This document shows positions 38,487 through 49,649 of a stretch of 64,000 nucleotides of DNA, in pieces. Location: assembly GCA_904063045.1 (NCBI GenBank), contig CAJFCJ010000007.1, positions 2,301,404-2,365,403 of the forward strand. The letters run 5' to 3'. The translations under genes were made by a program, and so were the position numbers. Position 1 is the stretch's first letter. The number at the start of each line of letters is the position of its first letter. Under the pieces are notes generated by a model. That model saw only the letters and a list, made by a program, of their open reading frames with translations. It did no database searches and had not been told where the DNA came from. Source of the stretch: Dimorphilus gyrociliatus. Taxonomy: Eukaryota; Animalia; Annelida.

Positions 38487-38865
38487 GCGCAAAAGAACCT
38501 GTACAGTTCGACAACAGGGAAAAAACTAACGAAACAGCCGTTAATTACTCCAGACGCAAACGCCGTCTTACGGATCGAATTGATCGGATACTACATCAAT
38601 CAAGCCGGCTAATGGGTTTTATTAATTTATTTATTGGTCGCCAGCGTTGTTGACCGCTTACAGTTCGGACGATACAGTCTTCTAGGCCAAAAGTGACCGA
38701 CCTGAATTTCTTAACTTTCTTTTTTTGTTTTTTAATAAAAAAAAAAAAGAAATATGTTCCCATGATAAAAAAAAATAACTCGGTCTTATCTAATTATAGA
38801 TTATTCATAAATCGCGCGATCGATAAAAATAATAGAAATCTGCTCATTTTGAGTACAGTCCAAGT

Positions 38866-40288
38866 ATGAGTGAAAGAGTAGCTGTTATAACTGGGGCTAA
38901 CACTGGTATTGGTTTCTCCTTGGCCGAGAGACTTTTAACTGATGAACGTAATATACAAATTTGGTTGGCGTGCAGAAATGTTCGTAAAGCGAACGAGGCG
39001 AAAGATATGTTACGACGTAAATTTCCGGACTCTTTCGTTCGCATCGTTCAACTGGACACGTCCAACATAGGATCAGTTTTAAGAGCGGCAGAAACTCTTA
39101 AGAGAGAATTGAGACGCTTGGACTTATTGTATTTAAACGCCGGTATAATGCCAGTAACTGGTTTCGATTTTCAAAGATTTATCTCCAATATATTATCAAA
39201 GTAACCTAAAAATAAAATAAGGGGATTTGTGAAGTGATTCTTTTTAATAAATAGTTTGACGGTTTAGGAATGCGTTTGAAATCCTCTCTACGGGCGAAGC
39301 TTTAATGAAACAATCCGATAACGTCACTAGTGACGGTTACCAGGAAACATTTGCTACCAATGTCTTTGGTCATTTTGTTTTGGTAAGTGTATATCCATCT
39401 GGTCTAAATAAAACCTTAATTATAAGCCACCAACTTCCATTAATTCACTCAAACAATGCTGACAATAAAAGGCGAGAAAACTGAAGGAACTAATGGCTTG
39501 CTCTACAGGAGCAAAGATTATTTGGACGTCTTCGAGTAATGCAAATAAGCGACATTTCGATTTGGACGATATACAACACGCCCGCGGGTATGTATATTAC
39601 AAGAAAAAATAATTCTGTCTTTCATCTTCCAATGTCCTAAGGATGAGCGAGTTTAGGCGAAAAAAAAGGTAATAAAAGAACCTAAATCCCTAACAGAAAA
39701 GAACCGTACAGTTCTTCCAAGTATTTGATAGATCTCGTTTCCGTGGCAATGAATGCAGAATTTTCGCAAAGCGGAATTACGTCGAGCGTCGTTAATCCCG
39801 GTTTAGTGCTCACCAATATGACATTCTCCATATTACCAATATTTTTGTGGTACGCTGTTATGCCCATTCTATTTATGGTATGGTTCATTTACTTTGAAGC
39901 TTGAGCTTTTTTTTCCTACTCATTAACTCCAGGGTTTAATTCCCTATAAAAGGTTGAAATAGGAAGTCACTAGTTTGTTTTTGTTGACAGATTCGGCTTT
40001 TCGTAAATACTATGGCTATTACTCCATTCAATGGATGTGAGGCTCAATTCTGGCTGGCCTTTCAAAAAAGCAGCAATTTAAGTAGCTTTGTCAAGTATAA
40101 TTCAGTCGTTTCCCCTTTAGGTGGAAGAGGAGTAAAAGCTATTAAAGTAACGTTCACTTTCCCCTTTGATATCAATAAACCATCCTTTATTTTTTTCTCA
40201 ATAGCTACAAATAAATGAAGGAGATGCAATTCAAGCTTACCGTTCATTAATTGAACTACAAGAACGTCATGAAAAGACTGTATTCTAA
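38866..40288 (+). CDS. HSD17B7: 3-keto-steroid reductase / 17-beta-HSD7 (SDR)
   Basis: VITGANTGIG, LACRN, LYLNAGIMP, FATNVFGHF, IWTSSSNA, PYSSSKY catalytic YxxxK, NPGLV. Confidence 0.93.
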
Positions 40289-40362
40289 TCTAGGTTTCCT
40301 ATTAAAGTGAAAAAAGAAAAAAAAATTGATAAAAAAAAATTAAGAAAGAATCTTTAGAACAA

Positions 40363-41913
40363 TTAAGTATCTGCCGGAACAGAATTTCTTCTGGATTTAT
40401 TTTCATTCATTTTAGGAATATCTCCCCTACTCGTTGTTGTGGGCGCGTGACTTATTCTTCGATTATTGCCTTTTAATAATTGTTGACTTTTAACCCCCGT
40501 CGTTGAGGGTTTAGCTAAAATTTGTCTGCCCTTAGCGATGGCTTCATTCTTGCTAATAGTTCTTGAGGATTCAGTGCTTGGAGCGGACTTTGGTCTCACT
40601 ACTTGATGACCTTCTGTCACTTTTGATTTGGCTGCTGAGATATTTGGAGCTGATCTAGAAACACTTTCTAAAGGTTTTGTGGAAGCATATTTGGCCGCTA
40701 TAGTCGATGAAGTCTTGGTCGGAACCCTATATTGCATTCCAAAGTTGGTAGACGGTAAAATCTTCGTCTTGACATTTTGCGAAGATGAAGTCTTAACGGC
40801 TTCGACCTTCTTTTCTGTTTTATTATCGTTGACGCTTTTCTCCGGTTGAGCAGACGGGGCTTCCTTTACATTTTCCTTATTGTTGTTGGCCGGCGCCGCA
40901 GCCGTCATGTTTTTCTTTTGGCTATTCATAACCATTTTCATTCGCCTTTTTCGTGAAATTTCCTCTTCAAAAAACACCTTTTGTTCATTTATCCAAAGAT
41001 GACTTTTAACGTCTCTCAATTCCATTCTATCTTTAGGATTCTTTTTTAATAGACCATTGATTAACGATTTTGCACCGTCTTTCACCGAATGTGGACAATT
41101 ATAATGAACTTTAGTAATTCTGGAGAAAGTCTCCGTTGAAGTTTCCGAGTGAAAGGGTGGCTTTCCCACTAAAAATTCGTATGCTAAAACACCTAAAGAC
41201 CAATTATCAACCTTGCAATCGTGCAACTCTCCCAAAATCATTTCTGGCGGTAAATAGTCGATGGTACCACATACGGTACTTCTTCTTGATGAGGGCGTGT
41301 GAACAGCCCATCCAAAATCTGCTAGCTTTATATTTTCATCGTCATCCAATAGGATATTTTCAGGTTTAATATCACGGTGAATAACATTTCGCTCATGGCA
41401 AAAATCCAGAGCACTGGCCATTTGATGAATGTAGAGGGCTGTGCGACTGTCACTAAAAGTTCCACTATTTTTCAAATGTCTAAATAATTCACCTTTTGCT
41501 GTATATTCTAAAATTAAATATACTCTTTTAGCGTCGTGAAAGTAACCGTATAAATGCAGAATATTTGGATGATGCAAGTGGCTTTGAATTTCAATTTCCC
41601 TTCTTAGTTGATGCTCTACACCGCCTTTTTCTAATTGGGACTTGAAAAGTACTTTCAAAGCTATTTGAAATTTGCTTTTTTTTTCACGAGCCAGGTAAAC
41701 CGTTCCGAATTTACCTCTACCTAAGGCTTTTCCAAGGTCAAAATCAGTAATCTTCCATTTCCTATCTTCCCTATCATCCCTTTCTGGTCTTTCAATATCT
41801 TTCAATGCTCTGTCGGATAACCCAGAAGGTCCACTTTCAGATTTTAAACGATTCGCCATGTTTTCCTCGGTTGTCATGTTCGAGTTTGCTGGCTGTAGCA
41901 CCTTACCACTCAT
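40363..41913 (-). CDS. Aurora-family Ser/Thr kinase with long C-terminal extension, single exon
   Basis: [42 protein letters not shown]...[16 protein letters not shown]. Confidence 0.96.
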   Translation of the reverse strand: MSGKVLQPANSNMTTEENMANRLKSESGPSGLSDRALKDIERPERDDREDRKWKITDFDLGKALGRGKFGTVYLAREKKSKFQIALKVLFKSQLEKGGVEHQLRREIEIQSHLHHPNILHLYGYFHDAKRVYLILEYTAKGELFRHLKNSGTFSDSRTALYIHQMASALDFCHERNVIHRDIKPENILLDDDENIKLADFGWAVHTPSSRRSTVCGTIDYLPPEMILGELHDCKVDNWSLGVLAYEFLVGKPPFHSETSTETFSRITKVHYNCPHSVKDGAKSLINGLLKKNPKDRMELRDVKSHLWINEQKVFFEEEISRKRRMKMVMNSQKKNMTAAAPANNNKENVKEAPSAQPEKSVNDNKTEKKVEAVKTSSSQNVKTKILPSTNFGMQYRVPTKTSSTIAAKYASTKPLESVSRSAPNISAAKSKVTEGHQVVRPKSAPSTESSRTISKNEAIAKGRQILAKPSTTGVKSQQLLKGNNRRISHAPTTTSRGDIPKMNENKSRRNSVPADT

Positions 41914-42228
41914 ATTTTAACTAAATAAGTTTAATAGATAACAAACAGAGAGTATTTCAACTTAAAGCAGATTGAAACTATATGAAAATTCAATTTAAAA
42001 ACGACTAAAACCAGTATATTTTTAAGATCGTCACAACGAGCCCTGATTGGTCTGATGACAAATGCATAAACTGGTTATTATTCGAAAAAAGACACCGTCA
42101 CCGTTTGGGATAACATTTTCGCGGTAAGATTTCAAATTTCGAAAATAATATATTCAGCATATATTAATTGATCTGCTTGCTACCTTAATTATCAGATAAT
42201 TTAAGGCGATAAAAATTTTTAATCAAGT

Positions 42229-43178
42229 TTAGCTTTTTTCGCAAGTCTCGGAATCAGAACAGTCTGAAGAGGTTTCCTCAGAGCTACTGCTAGAACTACT
42301 AGAACTGCTTGAGCTGAGATCGTCTGAATTGTTACTCTTTTTTCTTTTTCTTCTTCGTTTTTTTCTGTTTTTTTCCTCGTCGTCGTCGCCATCTTCTTCT
42401 TCTTCTTCTTCATCTTTGTCTTCCTTTTGAAATAATACAGTTATTTCTACACGCAATTTTTTTATACTATATATTTACCTCTTCGTTGTCTTCGTCATCC
42501 TCAGGTGGCTTTTTTCTTTTATCATCTCCGGAAGTATCGTTGCCATTATCGTCAGCAGAATCCCCATCGTCAGCAGAGTCATCACCAGCTTCACTTTGTA
42601 AACTCTCCTTTCTAGTAGCTTTTCCTTTTTCGTCTTCTTCGTCGTTTTCGTTGTTTTCATTATCATCGTCGTTATCATCCGATTCGCCTTTGGGTTTCTC
42701 CGCCTTTCTTGTGTCTAAATTAGATTAAAGGAATTTATCATGTGCTGCTTCCACTTGAAAGATTCTTTCACTAATCCACTCACCGTCAGAACAGTGAATT
42801 AAAAAGCATGTATCTTCTTCATGATCTTTTCCTGTGCAGTACGAAGATAGACATTTGCGTGATCGAGTTCGAACTCCACTTCCGCAGGATACACTGCACG
42901 CAGACCAAACAGACCACGACGTCCATTCTCCGTCTTTCAAAATCAAGGTTAAGCTTGTGTAAATATGTGAAATGTCAGTCTATTATTTTACTTACAATGC
43001 ACTGAATCGCAGATCATCAAAACACTTTCTCGAAAAGAACGCATGTTACAATGAGCACCTAAAAGAGAGATTGTGTAAGATTGTTGGGAAGCAATATTGT
43101 AATAACTCTGATACCTTCCGTGAAGCATTGAATAAGTAAGAAAGTACCTAGAAATATCGAAATCACGAAAGTATCCAT
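42229..43178 (-). CDS. Secreted protein: signal peptide, Cys pair, one TSP1 repeat, acidic/basic/Ser-rich tail; 5 coding exons
   Basis: MDTFVISIFLGTFLLIQCFTE|GAHCNMRSF...ICDSVH|YGEWTSWSVWSACSVSCGSGVRTRSRKC...CSD|acidic exons. The GT-AG junctions are phase-consistent. Confidence 0.8.
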
Positions 43179-43409
43179 AAGTCCATTATATTGTCAAAAT
43201 CAAAAATTAGCACCAGAGATCAGAAACAGTTTTTGTTTCCTGAAGCAGCTGAATCTGGTCCGGTTCGCATCGATTATTTATATTACACTAGACCTGCTGA
43301 TCCTACAAACAGTTTTGCGCCATCTGTCGTTGTATTTATAATATTTCTATGAGAACGTTCTCATTTATAACTATAAAATATGATATACAATGCTAGCAAA
43401 TAAAGTCAA

Positions 43410-44160
43410 TTATTCCTTCGGCTTAAGAAATTTCTTCTTTTTCTTCTTTTTAACAACTTGAGGCGAATTGGTATTATTATCACTGTTCTCATTAGACACA
43501 GTCTCTTCCTTCTTTTTTCTCCTTCTAGTTTTCTCGAACTTTTTTTTCAAATTTGATGAAAGGGAGGTCATTGACTCTGCAAATTCTACATCTTCTGAGT
43601 CGTACTGTTCTTCTACTTCCTGAGTCTCACTTTCATTTCTTAAACGCTGTTGATAATATAGGATTTCATTTTCAAATTCATTAGCTATTTTGTAAACTTA
43701 CTTCTATTTCTGGGTTGAAGCCTTTAAACGACATTCTTCCATAGCTGCTCAAAACATCACAAGAAAGCATACTGTCTTTAATAACGTACCGCGAACTGTT
43801 GGAAATAGCAAGTTTAGAGCCTAAAAATTTATAAAATATTTATGAAAAGTACTTTCTTTCCAGTAAATCAGGTAAATCTAAAACCCAATGTTCATCGTCA
43901 ATTAGAGCTTTTGAATTATCGTCATCCGAGTTCTCTTCATCAGCAGTTCGTTTCATAAACTGTTAAAAACCTTTTGTTATCGCTCACATTTTAACTTCAA
44001 TATAGGCAATATCTCGTGAAATCTTATATCAAAGTTTTGGACGAATATATTACTTTTTAGCACGTCTTCTTACAAACACAAGAAGACATTTCAGTGTTAC
44101 CTTCATTTGAAGAAGCGTCTTGGACAGCTTTAATTTGCCTTTCTGGTCACGTTTTGACAT
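43410..44160 (-). CDS. MPHOSPH6: M-phase phosphoprotein 6 (exosome cofactor)
   Basis: KLSKTLLQMK|FMKR, EHWVLDLP, YGRMSFKGFNPEIE, C-terminal KFLKP. Confidence 0.95.
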
Positions 44161-44738
44161 GGCGGACACTGGAGAAGTTAGAACAAAATTCGGTAATATT
44201 GTTAGCTTTGAATTAAAAATTGTAATACCTAAAAATTTCTATTGAATAAGCAATGATAAAAGTCTTATTATATCAAATTGCACAATTTATATATATATAT
44301 ATAATTGATGGCATTATTAGTTTAAAAGCAACACCTTTTAAACACTTTATCTTACTAGATTTAATACAAGATCTGTAATTTTTTAATAAAACCTGCTCAT
44401 ACCTAAGTCAAATCTATCTAAAATGATCAAAATGTGCGCGAATATACCAACTTTTACTCATTTTAATTCAATCATTAATTTTACAATGAATAGAAGAGAA
44501 AAATTTGTAAAACAGCCACAAAAATCGTTGTAAGCAGTTGCTACCGGTTTACTCTCAATCGTAAATATGTTTTTCGGTAATCACAAACGATATTTTGTCA
44601 CGTGTGGAGGTCGATCCCGAACACCTTGAAAAGAATACGGTAATATCATTCACATAAATAATAATATAAGCAAAAAAGTATTTTAACTGGTTTTTATATA
44701 ATTTTTTTACATAATATTTGTGCAATATTTCTCCAGCC

Positions 44739-45285
44739 ATGGCATCAAGGAGTCTTCTTAGAAGCTTATGGACTACATCCACCAAAATATACAATTTTAG
44801 TAAACCATGTCTTACATCTGCTCCTACACTTAGATTAATGACTGCAAGATCAACTTCAATTAAACAATTTCACACAAGCAGCAAACTTTGTTCCGAAAAC
44901 ATTGTGACAATTCAAGATGAAAAGGATTGGCAAAAGACTGTTCTTAAAAATGAATTACCCGTCATTGTAGATTTTTACGCCGAGTAATTATAACATAAAT
45001 TTCATTTGCAAATTATATTATATTATTGTATTATTTAACAGTTGGTGTGGACCTTGCAAATTATTGGCTCCAAGATTGGAATCGCAAATAGCTAAATATA
45101 CAGGAAAAGTTATCCTGGCTAAAGTTAATATTGATAACTTTACTGAATTGGCCATTGATCATGGCGTTGAAGCAGTTCCATCTGTTATTGCCTTTAAGGA
45201 TGGGGAACAAACCCATTCGTTTGTTGGCTTAAAAGACGACGCTGAAATTGAAGCTTTCGTAAAGAAAACTATTACGGAAGAATGA
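44739..45285 (+). CDS. TXN2: Mitochondrial thioredoxin 2
   Basis: Basic/hydroxylated presequence; PVIVDFYA|WCGPCK; LAKVNID; VEAVPSV. Confidence 0.95.
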
Positions 45286-45532
45286 TTATAGTTTATTATT
45301 AGTTGAATACTTGTACTTTTTTTAATAAAAGAATTTCATTTGAAATAGATGACTTATGTTTTACAATTTGTCTTAGCAGAAGGAAGAAAATATCTTGAAT
45401 ATACTATCTTGAGTACATACATTTGTTATTCGATTAATTAGTTTATTTAGATAAGAAATTTCATTATGCAGAAATCTTAGCAATGAATGTAAAGAGTACT
45501 CTATTTCAAATTTGACAGTTCATACTTCGACA

Positions 45533-45788
45533 TTAGTTTTCCTTGCGCTCTTCTATATTTGCTCTCCTTATTCTATTCTTACTTTTCATAATATCAACTC
45601 TTCTTCTCTCAACTTGTTTTCTGGTATATATAAAGGAAACGATTCCTATACCGATGATACCGATCCTGAAATAGTCCGTTTATCGCTCAATTAGCGCTCA
45701 TCTGCGTTAAAAGAAACATATGATGCAGATTAATTACATACCACGAAAGGTTTACTTTTGTTATCCTGCTTCTTGGAATAAGACGCAT
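45533..45788 (-). CDS. 59-aa single-pass microprotein (DUF4748-like); exons 45742-45788 and 45533-45665
   Basis: MRLIPRSRITKVNLSW|IGIIGIGIVSFIYTRKQVERRRVDIMKSKNRIRRAN...; 76-nt GT-AG intron in consistent phase 2. Confidence 0.75.
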
Positions 45789-46240
45789 ATTTTATATTGT
45801 AGAAGAATCTTTTCAAACTGTAAACTTGAATGACTTTCGGAACATTCAGTAATAGGCTTAGATTACCCAGAATCCCTTTGATTCCGGAAGCAAGATTTAG
45901 GCGCGTTCTGGTTAATTCAATGCAATATTTACTAATTAAATTTCAGCAGAAACCTTAAAATGTAAATGACGTTAGGCAATCATGGTATTGCCAATCAATA
46001 ACATGATTCTGAATATAAGTTGTTGGTTAATTTACTGAGAATAATCTATAATTTTATTGTAAAATCCCAATGATTAGTTTGCATTCTGAATTCGTTGGGA
46101 AGATTAATAATTTGTCTTGCCAACCAAGACAAAACGCTTTTATTATTAAAAGAAGAAACTTTTTTAAGGTACATCGAACAGAAAAGGCTTTTTTACCTAA
46201 TGTATCATTGCTTATTATTAGCCTTGACGTCACCAAGTTT

Positions 46241-48053
46241 TTATTTCACAAGGCCGTACAAGGTTTCTATTTCCTCTTCATAATTAGATACATTCTCAAT
46301 GAAGGGTGTTTCTAGTATCATTGGCATATTGTTCAAACGAGAATCATTCATTACAAGTTTAAATCCATCCAGTCCTATTTCACCTTTTCCAATGTTCTCA
46401 TGTCGATCTGCGTGACATCCGAGTTTGCCTAGTAGAAATTAATAATATAAAAATACACCGGAAACACTCAAAATATATATATACCCTTGGAATCATTTAA
46501 GTGAATAGCTTTTAAATACTTTAATCCTATTGTTTCATCAAATTCAGACATCATTGCCTCATAACTCTCTTCTGTTCTAATATCAAAACCTGACAGAATA
46601 AATATATAAAGTTATATAATGGATTTTCTTATTTCACTATTTTTACCAGCAGCAAAAGCATGACACGTATCTAGACAAACTCCGATTCTTGATTTATCAT
46701 CAACTTTATCAATAATACTAGATAGTTCTGAGAATTTTCCACCGATTGTGTTTCCTTGACAGCTCATATTTTCCAAGACTGAAGGTTAAAATAATTAGAA
46801 GAAAGTATTGAGTGTTCCACGATATATTACGTATAATGACATCTTTTGTTTCTTTAAGAACCATATTAATACTATCGGCGATTGTTTGCAGACCTTCTTC
46901 AACTTTTCCCTTTCCGCACGTAGATCCGGGATGAAAATTATACAATTTTATTCCCAGCCTCTGGCATCTTTTGACCTCTTCCAGCATACAATCACGACTT
47001 TTCTTCAATTGTTCTATCAATAGAATGTTGAACCATTTACAAGTCACATATATGCCATATGCTAATAGTTAATAAATATATATGATTTATTATAGGAGTT
47101 TAGAACTATTTAAATTGATATGTAGAATGGAATGAGAAGTGCTTTATGGGATATATTATCGTTAAAAATTAATGACAAAAAAAGCTGATAAAGAGAAACA
47201 TACCCGAATCCGTTGAAGCACAGTTCATTAAATATGTACCATGAGGTAATATTTTATCAAGTGAATAATTTAATTTCTAGAGAGGGAGATTAATGAGATA
47301 AATTAAATAATATTATTTTAGCTATAATTATCTCAACTTTGCAGGCACGTTGAAAATTGTCAACATCGTCGTCTGAGAGTGCTTTTGCCGCCCATTGTCT
47401 ATTTGATTTAAGAAACAATCCAAATGCTCTTCCTTTGATTGAAGCCGATTCTAATGCCGCTTTATATAACCCACCTATTGGGGATGGAAGGAATAGAGTT
47501 AAATATAAATTATTCACAACCGTCCTATTTACCGTTAATTGAATTATGTCCGCCAATGTATTTTTCACCGGGTGGTTCTTTTTCATTTTCTTTAGCCATT
47601 TCCAGCAGTTGTTCATTAGCCTCTATAGTTTCCTCAACAGACTTTTTTTTACTGCCTCTTGATTTTGTTTTCTTGGGAGGGTTACTATCATCAGTTAAAG
47701 CTTCTTTCGTTTCTAGGGTCAATACATAGCTTTTAAATAGTTAATGGCTTTAAAGGAATTTTTCTTACTCTTCTTTCTCTGAGTTTTTGGTTTTGGTTTC
47801 TTTTTCGTTTCATTTTCAACATCGCTATTTTCGTATTTTACTGGTGACCTGCTATCATCTGGTTGTTTTTCTATTAATTAGATAATTGAGAATCATTTGA
47901 CTGAGAGAGTGAAGAAATCAACAAACCCTCGTCCTCATCTGAATCTGAAATATTTCGCTTACGTTGCCTCTTTATAGGCTTTTTCTCTGCCTTTGTTTTT
48001 GGCGAACTATCTGTTTCACCAGACATTTTTCGTTTACGTTGTGCTCGAGGCAT
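46241..48053 (-). CDS. APN1: AP endonuclease of the endonuclease IV (Nfo/APN1) family
   Basis: [59 protein letters not shown]: the Zn-ligand set. Charged N-terminal extension. Confidence 0.95.
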
Positions 48054-48250
48054 TATTAATTTTACCGACTCTGAAATAGTCTTGCAGTAAAATTGGCAGC
48101 CGCCAAAATCGTAAACGCATGCGTAGTGATTAAAGTCAAGGACGTCTACTGGCGGGAAAAGAGGAACCACATTCGAGCATATTTATAAGCCGTCGTCTTC
48201 GAACGATAATAGGGAAGGTCTCAGCTTTTTCGAGTCTTTAAGGAATTGTC

Positions 48251-48512
48251 ATGCACCCTGACCTCTCTCCTCATTTACATTCAGAGGAATGTAATGCCAT
48301 AATACGTCAACTTCATCAGTGCCATAGTGACTATCCAGTAAAAAAATTTCTCGGAAAGTGCAGTGAAATAGACTCAAAATTATGGCGATGTCTTGTTAAA
48401 GAGGTTAACATTGAAAAGTTATTTGACTTAATAAATTTATCTTGCTTTCTTTTAGAGAGAAAATAATATGGCTGAAAATAGGAAAAGAAAGAAGAAGGCA
48501 GAAAGTAAATAA
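48251..48512 (+). CDS. CMC2: COX assembly mitochondrial protein 2 (twin CX9C)
   Basis: MHPDLSPHLHSEEC...C...KFLGKC...CLVKE|RENN; 2 exons. Confidence 0.95.
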
Positions 48513-49649
48513 CTATTAAGGAACCTAATTTCTAATTTATCTCAATTTTATCATAAGCAAGAATGATATTTGAATATGTTTTTCATTTGATTCAATAAAC
48601 TACAACAGATAATAGCGACATTAACACACCCCTTGTAACAAGATAATGTCATTAGAAACTAGCATCTAAGGTTGTAATACAGTTTAATAACGTTTCCTTC
48701 TGTATTTCATATATTGTAAACTGACATCCGCTTATTAAATATAAAAGAGCACTAGCGTTGCTGAGGATGGAGAAATGGGTAATGAGGCAAAACTGACGCT
48801 AGCCTTATTGTATAGTAAAGTGAGTTTGGCATTTGTGATTTATGAATGCCAGAACTTGACATGACCGTCACCTTATTACTGAGACGTCCAATCTCTTGTA
48901 AACTTATTTGCTGGTTTTTTTTGTTTTATGACCTTGTTAAACCTCATCTCTAGACGACAAACTAAAAGCACACGCCTAGATATGTAGCACTAGCAAAAAT
49001 CACGGGGTACTTTTATGAATGTCGTCGACCGCTGTCACGTGGTTCTGAGTAACGTTGCAGCGTCAGCGCTGCGTCCAACCAGTACGGGCGTCGACAGCAG
49101 CAGGTGCAGCACAGAGACGTAGAAGAGGTAAGTTGTTCAATATATTAATTTTCTGCGATTCAACCGGTTGATTAAATAATGCAATTCATGTTACAATAGT
49201 ATAGTACAAGTAGTTTATTTTATATAAGTATATAAGAAATGACGTTTAATAGGAAAAAGAGAAAAAATCGAAAGTTTCACTCCCGGAGGGTTTACTGACA
49301 TACTTTTCAATGAGAACATTTTGCATAGTGGTAGGCATCGTCGGTGATCGATATAGAACGCGCACTGCGTTTAGATGTGTCTATAGATATAAGGAGAACA
49401 TGAGATGGAAGAAGGGATAGGCGACCTTGAAAAAGCGTTTCTTGTTTCTAACCGCTAATGCCATATAATGAGCTTCAAGCAAAAACAATTTTACGAGTTA
49501 GATTCTTACGTCGTTTAAACTGATTGAATTTTAAAGAACTTGTATGCACCGAGCTGTTTGTAGCAATCAGCAAAATCCGTAATCAATATTCTTAGCTAGC
49601 GTTCTGCATTTTTACCCGCCGCTTATTTGTAAAGAGAGAAGAGGGAATA

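Noticed and set aside
42990-43060. Insulin B-chain-like segment (HCNMRSFRESVLMIC) in the TSP1 protein
   Set aside because: Spacing is C-x12-C rather than x11, the CG motif is missing, and there is no A-chain CC-x3-C-x8-C.
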